Positions 9,952-18,915 of a stretch of 64,000 bases of DNA are shown here, piece after piece (position 1 is the first letter of the stretch; each line of letters starts with the position of its first letter). Source of the DNA: Armatimonadota bacterium (GTDB lineage Bacteria; Armatimonadota; UBA5829; DTJY01). Where the stretch lies: the NCBI GenBank assembly GCA_025358205.1, contig JANYKG010000119.1, forward strand, positions 14,233-78,232, read 5' to 3'. Both the position numbers and the translations under genes were made by a program. The notes beneath the pieces were generated by a model that saw only the letters and a list, made by a program, of their open reading frames with translations, searched no databases and was not told the origin of the DNA.

Positions 9952-10697
9952 GCCGGTGTGTGGTGTATGCGCGGCGGATACACCTCTCCCGCGAGGACGC
10001 TGGTGCAGTACACAGTGCTGCCGGGCGATGCGCCGATGACGTGATAGCCCCTGGGTATCACCACCGTGTCGCCGTCAGCCACCTCGTAGGATTCGTTCAT
10101 CGGGCACGGGTCGGTTGCTCCCGTGTACACATGTACCAGTCCAAACCCTTGAGCAGAAGTGACACGGAAATGGCAGATTTCTTCGTGAGGAAACTCGGTA
10201 GACGGGTTGAATGCATCATGTTTGTGGGGAACCTTCTCGCCGTCCGTGGAAATGATGGCATGTGTGACGATCAGCCTGCAGCCTGTCAGCGTGCCGTCCG
10301 CCGGGCCGAATATACCCGGACTGCCGGAGCATTCCACCTTCGCCGAAGCTTCGGCGGACAAGCCAACCGGTGCGGAGAACATGCCGATCTCGACCGGGCA
10401 ATGCGTAGTGCGTATTGCGTACTGCGTGTTTGGGGGAAGGATAAAGATCGGTCGGCTCTCGCTCAGGCTCATCGGCGGAATGCCGTCTATCTCCAAGTCA
10501 GCCGTTCCTGAGTATACGACCAGCGCCTGCTCGCACTTACTTGTCTTGCCCGACCACTCACCGGAGGACAGGCGAAGCAGGCCGAACTCCAGATGCCGCA
10601 GACCCATCTCTCCGCGCCTTACGACCTTGGAGTAGCCCTTGCGCCGCACCCCGGCTCTTATCAGCAGGTTTTCCTTGCACTCCCTTATGCCGCTCAT
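9948..10697 (-). CDS. iolB: 5-deoxy-glucuronate isomerase (IolB, cupin)
   Basis: 249 aa. The C-terminal block PHKHD...GQGFGLVHVYT...VVIPRGYHVIGASPGSTVYCTSVLAG aligns by eye with B. subtilis IolB (PPHKHD...QGFVFQRVYT...VIVPAGYHPVG...YYLNVMAG). Confidence 0.7.
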   Translation of the reverse strand: MSGIRECKENLLIRAGVRRKGYSKVVRRGEMGLRHLEFGLLRLSSGEWSGKTSKCEQALVVYSGTADLEIDGIPPMSLSESRPIFILPPNTQYAIRTTHCPVEIGMFSAPVGLSAEASAKVECSGSPGIFGPADGTLTGCRLIVTHAIISTDGEKVPHKHDAFNPSTEFPHEEICHFRVTSAQGFGLVHVYTGATDPCPMNESYEVADGDTVVIPRGYHVIGASPGSTVYCTSVLAGEVYPPRIHHTPA

Positions 10698-10766
10698 AGC
10701 GAAAGGTTCCTGGTGTCAGGTGTCAGGAACCCGAAACCGGGAACCCGACACCCGTTACCCTATATC

Positions 10767-11690
10767 TCAGAGTCTCGCCCACGCCTCGTTCAGTACCCGC
10801 TTGGCGCCTGATACCACGATGTCGCTATCCTCGCCCGGCAGGGGCTTAACTTCAAAGCTGACCACCGGCATGGATGTTGGCAGGTCCTTATTGAAGAACC
10901 CGATCTCCATGAGGTTATCCAGGAACTCCACCACCTCGTCCACGTCGTTCAGGCCGCAGTCGCAGCCGAACGCCGGGTGCTGGTCGCCATACGCCGGTCC
11001 CTGACACTCATCAAGCACGCAGTTGCCGATGTGTGTGTGTACCAGATACGGGGCCGCCGTGGAAATCATATGCTTGATAGACTCATTCAGCATCGGCTGA
11101 TGGCTGAGGTCCACCGTCAGACCGAAGTTCTGGCACTCCGCCGTTACTCTCTTGGCCAGCGCAACGGCCTCGGAGGTCGGGCCTATCAGGCACTTCTTGT
11201 CTATGTCATAGTCAAAAGTTTCGAGCGAAACCACGAGATTGCCCTTCGACGCCGCGTACTTGCACACCTGAATCAGCGAATCCGCAAGCCGATCCACGGC
11301 CGCAGCCTTGTCGCCGTCCGCAGGTACGGGGCCGCTGAGGACCGCGAGTATCTTCGCACCAAGCTCGTATGCCTGGTCAACGGAATTCTTGCACTGATCC
11401 ACCGCCTTCTGTCGCTCGGTGGAATCGGCGGCGTTGAGGTCCAGCTTCTGGCTGAGGAGCGGCGGCTGACCGGCGAAGACCACATCCACATGTGCAGTCT
11501 TCAGCATCTTCGCGGCCTCCGCGCGGACGGCGTCGTCCTTCATCCAGGTCACTTCCACCGCGCCGAAGTACTCATCATCAAGGATTTTCTTGAGTGTTTC
11601 CAGTATCGGACCCTCACCCTTCATCACCTGCGGGTAGGCCATGGGGTGGATAATGCCCGTGTGGAAGTATTTTGCGATTGGTTCGTTCAT
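10767..11690 (-). CDS. sugar phosphate isomerase/epimerase (xylose-isomerase-like TIM barrel; IolE/IolI-like)
   Basis: TIM-barrel metal-dependent isomerase pattern. The track start at 11732 lies inside the -10 box of the upstream promoter. The ATG at 11690 (MNEPIAKY) has SD GGAGGA 8 nt upstream. Confidence 0.7.
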   Translation of the reverse strand: MNEPIAKYFHTGIIHPMAYPQVMKGEGPILETLKKILDDEYFGAVEVTWMKDDAVRAEAAKMLKTAHVDVVFAGQPPLLSQKLDLNAADSTERQKAVDQCKNSVDQAYELGAKILAVLSGPVPADGDKAAAVDRLADSLIQVCKYAASKGNLVVSLETFDYDIDKKCLIGPTSEAVALAKRVTAECQNFGLTVDLSHQPMLNESIKHMISTAAPYLVHTHIGNCVLDECQGPAYGDQHPAFGCDCGLNDVDEVVEFLDNLMEIGFFNKDLPTSMPVVSFEVKPLPGEDSDIVVSGAKRVLNEAWARL

Positions 11691-11726
11691 GAATGGTTCC
11701 TCCTGTTCTGTTTGGCCAGCTGCTGC

Positions 11727-11756
11727 TAGCACAAATTATAGTCCCGTGCCTGAGGG
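11727..11756 (-). promoter_or_regulatory. sigma70-type promoter, TTGACA-N18-TATAAT (minus strand)
   Basis: Read directly: minus strand shows cTGTTTGACAccccctcaggcacgggacTATAATttgtg, about 40 nt upstream of the 11690 start. Confidence 0.5.
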
Positions 11757-11856
11757 GGTGTCAAACAGTTGGCTGGTTTGTCGCGGAGAATACGGATAAA
11801 GGTAATCCAAACTTGCTGAGCCGTATATTTCAGAGACATTCATGTGATATGCAATA

Positions 11857-14295
11857 TCAGATCTGGCGTTCTTCTTCCTCGCGAGCGCGTTTGATTTCCT
11901 CATACTTTGCCCGCACGCTCTTGGCATTCGGCAGGAGTTCGAGCGCCTTCAGGCAGGAGCGCTCCGCTTCATCCCGTCTCCCCAAGGAGTGGTAGCAGCC
12001 AGCTAGATGCGAATGAGCCCAGCCATCGTTGGGGTCTTCTCGGACGGACAGTTCACCATATCTAAGCGCATAGTCCATTTTGCCCAGATTGGCCATTTCG
12101 CGAGACCGACTGCAGTAGTAGCTGGATCTCTCGTCGGCTTCTGCCATTCGCTCTGCTGCCATTCTGTCGAGTCTGTACATCTCATCCCAATTCCCCTGCT
12201 CCCGCTCAATAGTCGCCAATGACGCCGGGAAATTCAGCTCCTGCGGGTTCTGTTCTGCACCCTTGCGCAGTATCCACTTGGCGGTATATGGCGCAGGATC
12301 TTCCGTGTCGCCGATATTACCCTCATTTTCTTCCATAGATGCCCACTTGAACCACGTCTGGAAGTCGATTCGGCCAGTCTTGATCGCCGTCCGCAGTAGC
12401 CATCTAGCAGTGTACTCGGCGGGGCATTCCCTATCTCCGATGTTGCCCTGCTCCCTCTCAAAGAACGCCCAAACTTCCCAATAGGGCACCTCTGGTTTGG
12501 CAGCAGTGAGTCCGATTCTGAATACTGTACGAGCGCCATCGACATCGCCACGACCACCCAGGAACCGCGCATACCCCGAGATATCTGAGGCATCCCAAGC
12601 AAAACGTTTGACTACGCGCAGTAGAACCTGAATGTCGTACCTGCAAGCCCGGGTCAGCAGATCTGATCCCAGCTCCAAGTCGGGCCAGCGATGAACATTG
12701 GGTAGCAGTTTCTCAGAACCTGTCATCGCCCATACCAACTGCTCAGCCAATGCTTCATCTGATTGGTCCATTTCAGCAATTATCCGCTCATACCAGCCGA
12801 ACTCTCCCCCCGCTTCATGTTCGAAGATGACGTTAGCGACAACGGGATGACGAGTTATCACATTATCATCAGCGAAGGTCAACTCAACAAGACCATGTGT
12901 TTTGGAGAGAACTTGGTCTTCTATGAAGATATGCTCTCCGATCAGGCGGCTAAGAAGGGATCTTGGCATTCGGAGGTCGAAGCGGTGAAGTGCGCTGACG
13001 TAGGTACAGGCCTTGCGAACAACATCACCATTGGCGGAACGGAGCTTTCGGAGTTCATCGACCACATGCTGATCGAATCCTTGTCCACCCTTTGCCTCAA
13101 TCAAGGCGACGAGGAGTTGTCTGTTCGCACGCATGGAAAGCTGGTAAACCTGCTGGTCTCTGCTTAGTCCGGCGAGTTTCCCAAGGCTCGTGGGCATGCG
13201 GCATTCGTTTTCAGAGAGCTTGTCGAGGAGTGCTTCGATGTCGGTCGGGCTCATATGGCCGAGATCGATCTTCCTAAGATCGGCGTACGAGCCTACGTTC
13301 AGTTTCAGTCCGTCCCATAGGGAGGTAATCGCTGCCGAAACCACGATGGGCCGGATCGGGAAGTCCCTCAACCGCTCCAAAAATCCGCTGACCGCGTCAG
13401 GACCGAATAGCATGATGCTGTCGACGAAGATGTAGACCAGCGAGTCCTTCGGGAGGTGGTCGAACTGCTCGGCAGAAAGGTCATTCCTGCCGGGTTTGTG
13501 CCAGAAAACCTCGTTGCGCCCGGAGCGGACCAACTCGGCGGCGACTCGACGCAAGACGGTGGACTTCCCCTCGCCGCTCAGCCCGGCGAGCACCGCGAAT
13601 GAGACTAGTGCTCCATTGCACTTCTCAGCCTCGATCACGAAGTCCCACAGCTCGCCGATGATCTCCCGCCGGGCGTCGAGGTTGTCGTGGATGTCCTTCC
13701 AGTCGGCGACCGCACCGTTATAGAACTCGCTCTCGGTCTTCGTAGGCAGCTTGTCCTCGCTCAGTCGCTCGCTCACGAGGTCGAAGTCGGTCAAGAGGTC
13801 GAGCACCTCCCGCTCGATCCGCTGGTTGTTCGGCAGGAGGAAGTTTGCATTGAGAAGCGACTTGTTCTCGGGCTTCAGCAGAAGGTTCATGATTGCGGGG
13901 GCGTCAAACAGCTCGATGATGAGCCCGGAGTATTTCTCCCGCAGGCCCCCGAGCCACCTGTGGTCGTCAAGTGAGAATTCGAAGGGAACGCAAAGAGTCC
14001 AAATATCCGGATCTTGGGTCTCAATCACGCGTTCTAATGATTTGATGGCCTGTTCCTTCTGACTCCTACCAAGGCCCGTGGGAAAGTGCTTCACCTGCCA
14101 GACGAGTAGCTTTTCATCCGTGCGCTCCTGCTTTGGGGTATCGAGCGGCCCCCTGAAGATGTCAACTCCTTCATCACCGCCCTTGCCTTCGACAGGGACT
14201 ATGAAGACGTCGCCAGCCTTGAGGAGTTGGCCGCAGAGTTCCTCGAAGCGCTTTGGGCTAAACAGCTTGAGTTGATCGTGAAGAGAGTACGGCAT
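11857..14295 (-). CDS. STAND-like P-loop NTPase with N-terminal Mrr-like PD-(D/E)xK nuclease domain and C-terminal TPR-like repeats (Avs-like candidate defence protein)
   Basis: 812 aa. N-terminus FEELCGQLLKAGDVFIVPVEGKGGDEGVDIF...LLVWQVKHF matches the Mrr_cat pattern (FEDLV...GDGGIDL...QCKRW). Walker A GLSGEGKST; Walker B-like LVYIFVDS. C-terminal repeat of about 41 aa (EREQGNIGDRE / EENEGNIGDTE). The gene is real with high confidence; the function is inferred. Confidence 0.6.
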   Translation of the reverse strand: MPYSLHDQLKLFSPKRFEELCGQLLKAGDVFIVPVEGKGGDEGVDIFRGPLDTPKQERTDEKLLVWQVKHFPTGLGRSQKEQAIKSLERVIETQDPDIWTLCVPFEFSLDDHRWLGGLREKYSGLIIELFDAPAIMNLLLKPENKSLLNANFLLPNNQRIEREVLDLLTDFDLVSERLSEDKLPTKTESEFYNGAVADWKDIHDNLDARREIIGELWDFVIEAEKCNGALVSFAVLAGLSGEGKSTVLRRVAAELVRSGRNEVFWHKPGRNDLSAEQFDHLPKDSLVYIFVDSIMLFGPDAVSGFLERLRDFPIRPIVVSAAITSLWDGLKLNVGSYADLRKIDLGHMSPTDIEALLDKLSENECRMPTSLGKLAGLSRDQQVYQLSMRANRQLLVALIEAKGGQGFDQHVVDELRKLRSANGDVVRKACTYVSALHRFDLRMPRSLLSRLIGEHIFIEDQVLSKTHGLVELTFADDNVITRHPVVANVIFEHEAGGEFGWYERIIAEMDQSDEALAEQLVWAMTGSEKLLPNVHRWPDLELGSDLLTRACRYDIQVLLRVVKRFAWDASDISGYARFLGGRGDVDGARTVFRIGLTAAKPEVPYWEVWAFFEREQGNIGDRECPAEYTARWLLRTAIKTGRIDFQTWFKWASMEENEGNIGDTEDPAPYTAKWILRKGAEQNPQELNFPASLATIEREQGNWDEMYRLDRMAAERMAEADERSSYYCSRSREMANLGKMDYALRYGELSVREDPNDGWAHSHLAGCYHSLGRRDEAERSCLKALELLPNAKSVRAKYEEIKRAREEEERQI

Positions 14296-14481
14296 TTGGA
14301 ATCACCTTGGCAACGCTGTAAGATGGATTGCCTGCTCGCGATAAGTGTATCACTTGGTCCGCCAGCGGTCAACGGCCATCGGGATCGTACTTTTCAGACC
14401 AATCTCCCATATGTTCCTGTAGACCCCCGGCCTCCGAAACGGGTATACTGTGAATGATGGTCCGACCTGCCGATAATCGTA

Positions 14482-15213
14482 GTGTACGGTAATACTACCA
14501 GGATGGCGAACATGGAACGATTGAGTCTACGAACGATCCGATATCTTCTTGCGGCGCTTGTGCTGCTTGTTATGTTTGCGGGATGCGGCGGCGGTGGCGG
14601 TGGGTCATCAAGCAGTCAACTGCCCGATACCGGCATCTTCACGCCCAATTACATCTCGTCGCTGAATGGCCTGTTTCATTGGGATCATCTGCCGTTGCGC
14701 ATCCATTTTTCGCTTCCCGGCAACTGGAACACCCTCTATGCATCCAACCCAGACTTGCAGGTGGATGCCGGAAACGAATGGAATCAGCCCGGTCTCCAGG
14801 CGCTTGTCAGCACTGTCGGGTCAGGGGCGGATGTGGAGGTAACCTTCGTCAGCCAGAGTTCGCTTGGCGGCAACACCCAGGGAATAACTCGATACACCTA
14901 TGACGCTTCCACGTCGCAGATGGCAACCGCCTCCATCAAGGTTGCCCTTGACGATGGGTCGGGACACAACCTCGCGGCGAACGATATACAGTCCGTGATA
15001 GCTCATGAGATCGGTCATGCACTGGGCATCGGCGGCCACAGCCCGAACTCCAGCGACCTGCTCTATCCATCCCTCGTATTCGGCGCAATCAGGTACCCTT
15101 CGCAGTTGGATTTCAACACCATCATGACCGCGTACTCCGGCTACTTCGGCCGCTCCGTGCCGCCGACCAGGTCTATTACCACACCTGACATGCGCACAGC
15201 GGAGATCGAGTAA
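14482..15213 (+). CDS. secreted lipoprotein zinc metalloprotease, matrixin/M10-like (HExxHxxGxxH)
   Basis: Lipobox LVMFAGCGGGGGG. Motif HEIGHALGIGGHS. True start probably at 14509 (MANMERL). Confidence 0.65.
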   Translation: MYGNTTRMANMERLSLRTIRYLLAALVLLVMFAGCGGGGGGSSSSQLPDTGIFTPNYISSLNGLFHWDHLPLRIHFSLPGNWNTLYASNPDLQVDAGNEWNQPGLQALVSTVGSGADVEVTFVSQSSLGGNTQGITRYTYDASTSQMATASIKVALDDGSGHNLAANDIQSVIAHEIGHALGIGGHSPNSSDLLYPSLVFGAIRYPSQLDFNTIMTAYSGYFGRSVPPTRSITTPDMRTAEIE

Positions 15214-15216
15214 GGC

Positions 15217-15486
15217 ATGAGTCCGTATGAGATCACCATGCTCGTCTGTTTCGGCGCCAGTTGGCCGTTCTCGGTTCACAGGACGTGGAAGACTAAGAAC
15301 GTTGTGGGCAAAAGTCCGGTCTTTCTGTCGCTGGTCATCATCGGCTACATCGCGGGCATAGTACACAAACTGGTCTACAAGCCGGACGCCGTGGTCTGGC
15401 TCTACGTGCTGAACGCTCTCATGGTCTCTGCCGACCTTTGCCTGTGGATTCGATACAGGAACCGCGCGCTGGGAATGGAAAAATGA
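15217..15486 (+). CDS. small membrane protein, hypothetical
   Basis: 89 aa with 3 predicted TM helices. Begins 3 nt after the upstream stop, so likely translationally coupled. Confidence 0.4.
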   Translation: MSPYEITMLVCFGASWPFSVHRTWKTKNVVGKSPVFLSLVIIGYIAGIVHKLVYKPDAVVWLYVLNALMVSADLCLWIRYRNRALGMEK

Positions 15487-15745
15487 GACACAAACCGTCC
15501 ATTACCAAGAAGTCCTGAGCCTGGTCGAAGGGCGTATCGAGGGACCATCCAGGCTGTTGCCACAGTCTCTTCATCCCTGCGTCCGGGGAACGCAACCATA
15601 AAGGTTGCGGCTACAGGTTACTCGGGATTCGGAAATCCCGTGCCAACATTATCGTATGCTTCTCGGCGTTCCGTGCATGATCTCGGGGAAAGCCCGAAGC
15701 GCTGCACCAAGAAACCAATGCAGGAACACAACATTTGCATACATG

Positions 15746-15775
15746 TTGACTAACGCCTCGCCCAACTGCTATAGT
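15746..15775 (+). promoter_or_regulatory. candidate sigma70 promoter, TTGACT-N18-TATAGT
   Basis: Read directly. It lies inside the 5' part of track ORF 15605-17764, which argues that the membrane protein starts downstream of it. Confidence 0.4.
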
Positions 15776-15811
15776 GAGGCCGAACAACGATCTTCTCCGC
15801 AGGACGGGTAC

Positions 15812-17764
15812 TTGACAAACGCACCAAAACTCCGCGCAGGCATCGGCTTCCGGGCGATACTTCTCGGCCTGCTGCTGATACCCATCAACTGCTACTGGGT
15901 CACCATGACCGAGATCAAGTTCTGCAGCAATGACAGCACCTGCGTATCACTGTTCATGACTGTCGTCACCATCCTCTTCTTTCTCACGCTGCTGAACATC
16001 CTGGTCGCCAAGCGGTTTCCCGGTGCGGCGCTGAACCAGGCGGAGTTGATGGTCGTCTATATCATGCTCAGCATATCAACCGCCATGTGCGGGCACGATA
16101 TGATGGGAAATCTGCTGCCAAACCTGATAAACGTCTTCTACTTCAACACGCCGCAGAATGGGTGGGATAAGTTCCACCACTTCATACCCACATGGTTCGC
16201 GCCAAGAGACAAGGAGATTCTGCGCGGGTTCTACGAGGGCAGCAGCACACTGTACACCGCGGCGCACCTGAAGGCGTGGGCGATACCTATGGCGGTGTGG
16301 ACCAGCTTCCTGATGGTCATCGGCTACATCATGCTCTGCACAAACACCATCGTCCGCAAGCAGTGGGCGGACCGCGAGAAGCTCACGTTCCCCATCATTC
16401 AGATGCCGCTTGAGATGACCAAGGACGCGGGCATGTCCGGCTTCTTCTCGAACAAATACCTCTGGATCGGATTTGCCATCCCGCTTGTGCTGCAGTCGCT
16501 GAACGAACTCAACTTCTTCTATCCCAACGTGCCATCTGTGCAGATCAAGCTGCTGGATATGGGGCAGTTCATCACCACGCGCCCGTGGAACGGAGTAGGG
16601 TGGTTCCCCATTGCCTTCTATCCGTTTGCCATCGGTCTGGCGTTCTTTCTGCCTGCGGATCTCTCGTTCAGTTGCTGGTTCTTCTACCTCTTCCGCAAGG
16701 CGATGGACGTGTTCGCGGTAGGCATGGGCTGGCGTGATCCGGGCGCGAGTCCGGCCATGCAGAGGTTCCCGTACTTCGCGGAGCAGTCCGCCGGCGCATG
16801 GATAGCTCTCTCGCTCATTATGGTCTACTCCAGCCGTAAGTACCTGTGGCAGGTGATACTCCGCGCGATGGGTAAGGACTCGGAGCTTGATGACACGATG
16901 GAGCCGATGTCATACCGGTCGGCGATCATCGGCATTCTCATCGGGTTGCTGCTGATCTTCATGTTCTGCCAGGCGGCGGGGATGGATTGGTACGTACCCA
17001 TCATCTTCTTCGCGCTGTATTTCATCGTGTGCATCGCCATCACCCGCATACGCGCGGAACTGGGGCCGCCCGCGCATGAGCTGAACTTCTTCCGGCCAGA
17101 GGAGATAATGACCGCCGCGTTCGGCACCCAGGCGCTGGGCGCGCAGAACATGACGATAATGACCTACTTCTACTGGTTCAACCGCGGCTATCGAAACCTG
17201 GTGATGCCGCACCAGTTGGAGGCCTTCAAGATCGGCGAGGTAGCAAAGGCGAACAACCGGAAGATAGCGGGTATCATCATGCTGGCGACGTTTGTGGGCA
17301 TAGTGGCCACATTCTGGGCGCTCCTGCACATGTACTACATCAACGGCGCCGCCACCGCCAAGATACAGGCGGGCTACCGCACCGGCATCGGCAGCTATGC
17401 GTTCGACCGGCTGAACGGGTGGGTGATAAATCCGAAGCGTGTGGACACTTCAGGGGTCAGCTTCATGTTCATCGGCGCTGCGATTGCGCTCGTCCTGACC
17501 CTCATGAAGGGGCAGTTCCTCTGGTGGCCGTTCCACCCCATCGGCTACGGCCTCGCGGTGAGTTACGCGATGGACTACTTCTGGTTCACCACGCTGATCG
17601 GCTGGGGGTGCAAGGCGCTCACCACGCGGTACGGCGGCATCAAGATGTACCGTCAGGCACTGCCGTTCTTCATGGGCCTCATCCTGGGCGACTATGTGAC
17701 AGCAAGCCTCTGGGGTCTGGTCGGCTGGGCGCTGAACGTGACGACCTACCGGACGTTCATCTGA
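15812..17764 (+). CDS. large polytopic membrane protein (about 14 TM), hypothetical
   Basis: Long hydrophobic ORF with no recognisable catalytic motif. Start chosen at in-frame TTG 15812 (MTNAPKLRAGIGFRAILLG...) downstream of the predicted promoter; this start is uncertain. Confidence 0.5.
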   Translation: MTNAPKLRAGIGFRAILLGLLLIPINCYWVTMTEIKFCSNDSTCVSLFMTVVTILFFLTLLNILVAKRFPGAALNQAELMVVYIMLSISTAMCGHDMMGNLLPNLINVFYFNTPQNGWDKFHHFIPTWFAPRDKEILRGFYEGSSTLYTAAHLKAWAIPMAVWTSFLMVIGYIMLCTNTIVRKQWADREKLTFPIIQMPLEMTKDAGMSGFFSNKYLWIGFAIPLVLQSLNELNFFYPNVPSVQIKLLDMGQFITTRPWNGVGWFPIAFYPFAIGLAFFLPADLSFSCWFFYLFRKAMDVFAVGMGWRDPGASPAMQRFPYFAEQSAGAWIALSLIMVYSSRKYLWQVILRAMGKDSELDDTMEPMSYRSAIIGILIGLLLIFMFCQAAGMDWYVPIIFFALYFIVCIAITRIRAELGPPAHELNFFRPEEIMTAAFGTQALGAQNMTIMTYFYWFNRGYRNLVMPHQLEAFKIGEVAKANNRKIAGIIMLATFVGIVATFWALLHMYYINGAATAKIQAGYRTGIGSYAFDRLNGWVINPKRVDTSGVSFMFIGAAIALVLTLMKGQFLWWPFHPIGYGLAVSYAMDYFWFTTLIGWGCKALTTRYGGIKMYRQALPFFMGLILGDYVTASLWGLVGWALNVTTYRTFI

Positions 17765-17992
17765 CGAGTGATACGTGAGCTGGGTCCGGTAGCTTCCCTT
17801 CCGACTTGGATGTTGGAAGTTCGACGTTGGTCCGCTGCGGCGGATCGATGTTCGTTTCTGCCGCTCCCATACTCCCATACTGCATTCTTGCAGGAACTCC
17901 TCACCATTCGGCGGAATAGTAAGCAGTCGTAAGTGGCGTTAGGGCAGTGATCTGCGCCCGGTGGAGCGCCTTCTTCGCACGAGGAGCAATCT

Positions 17993-18913
17993 GTGAAACA
18001 GAGAACCCGCATTGCCGTAGCGATTATGATCGGCTTGTACTCCTGGAATTTCTTCGCCGCATTGGCCTCTGTGCTCATGGAGAAGAGCCGTGGGACTCTT
18101 TTCGAGACAGCGGAGTTTGCGTTCGGTGCTATCCTCGGCGCGCTTCTCAATGCTGCCATTGTCATCGGCTGCATCTACCTGCTTAAGAACCGCAGATGGG
18201 CCTGGACCATGCTCGTCTGGCTGACGGCCGCCTTCACCTTAGGTATGCTGAGCACGGGTCTGTCAATGGTAACGGATATGACTTGGGGATCGTCTACAGA
18301 AGTCGGCTCAACCTTATTCCCCTGGCTCATGGTATTCCTGCCGATCCCCTTCGGTTGGGTAAGTATCCCAGCGCTTATCATTCTGCTCACCGATAAGCCG
18401 GTGGGGTGGAGAAAGCCCAAAGTCATACCTGTTTCTTCAACCCAGGTTCCCGGCGATCTTAAGCGGCGAACACGTGTGATCGCTTGGATATATCTCGTTG
18501 TGTCAGGCATGAGATTCTTCAGCCTGCCACTCTATATGGTCATGTTCAGAGATAAGCCCGGGTCATGGCTGTCCGGCTTACCGGAAGCCTTTCTTTGGGT
18601 GCTTTGGCTAGGACTAATGCAGAAGCGTATCTGGTCATGGTGGAGTTTGGTTGCAACATACGCCGGTTTGTCAATGTGGTATGTTTGGAGTATCGCACAT
18701 GCGCCCGCGTATTATGCCGCCCATCACAAGGTCGTCGCGCAGCCGTGGCATGCGATGCTCCCCGGCGCCGTAACGCTCATCCTGATGCTACTGATTCCCC
18801 TCTGGGCGCTGCTCACCGATAGACCATCCGGCTGGACCATTCCACCATCCTCTGCCGCCAAGGCTTCGGCGGACAAGTCCGAAATCCGAAATCCGCGATC
18901 CGAAATGAGGTAG
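17993..18913 (+). CDS. polytopic membrane protein, hypothetical
   Basis: 306 aa with multiple TM helices. The C-terminal tail SADKSEIRNPRSEMR is encoded by a [GAAATCC]n heptamer array. Confidence 0.5.
   Translation: MKQRTRIAVAIMIGLYSWNFFAALASVLMEKSRGTLFETAEFAFGAILGALLNAAIVIGCIYLLKNRRWAWTMLVWLTAAFTLGMLSTGLSMVTDMTWGSSTEVGSTLFPWLMVFLPIPFGWVSIPALIILLTDKPVGWRKPKVIPVSSTQVPGDLKRRTRVIAWIYLVVSGMRFFSLPLYMVMFRDKPGSWLSGLPEAFLWVLWLGLMQKRIWSWWSLVATYAGLSMWYVWSIAHAPAYYAAHHKVVAQPWHAMLPGAVTLILMLLIPLWALLTDRPSGWTIPPSSAAKASADKSEIRNPRSEMR
18878..18908. repeat. heptamer array [GAAATCC]x4
   Basis: tccgaaatccgaaatccgcgatccgaaatga, at the 3' end of membrane protein gene 17993-18913. Confidence 0.85.
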
Positions 18914-18915
18914 CC

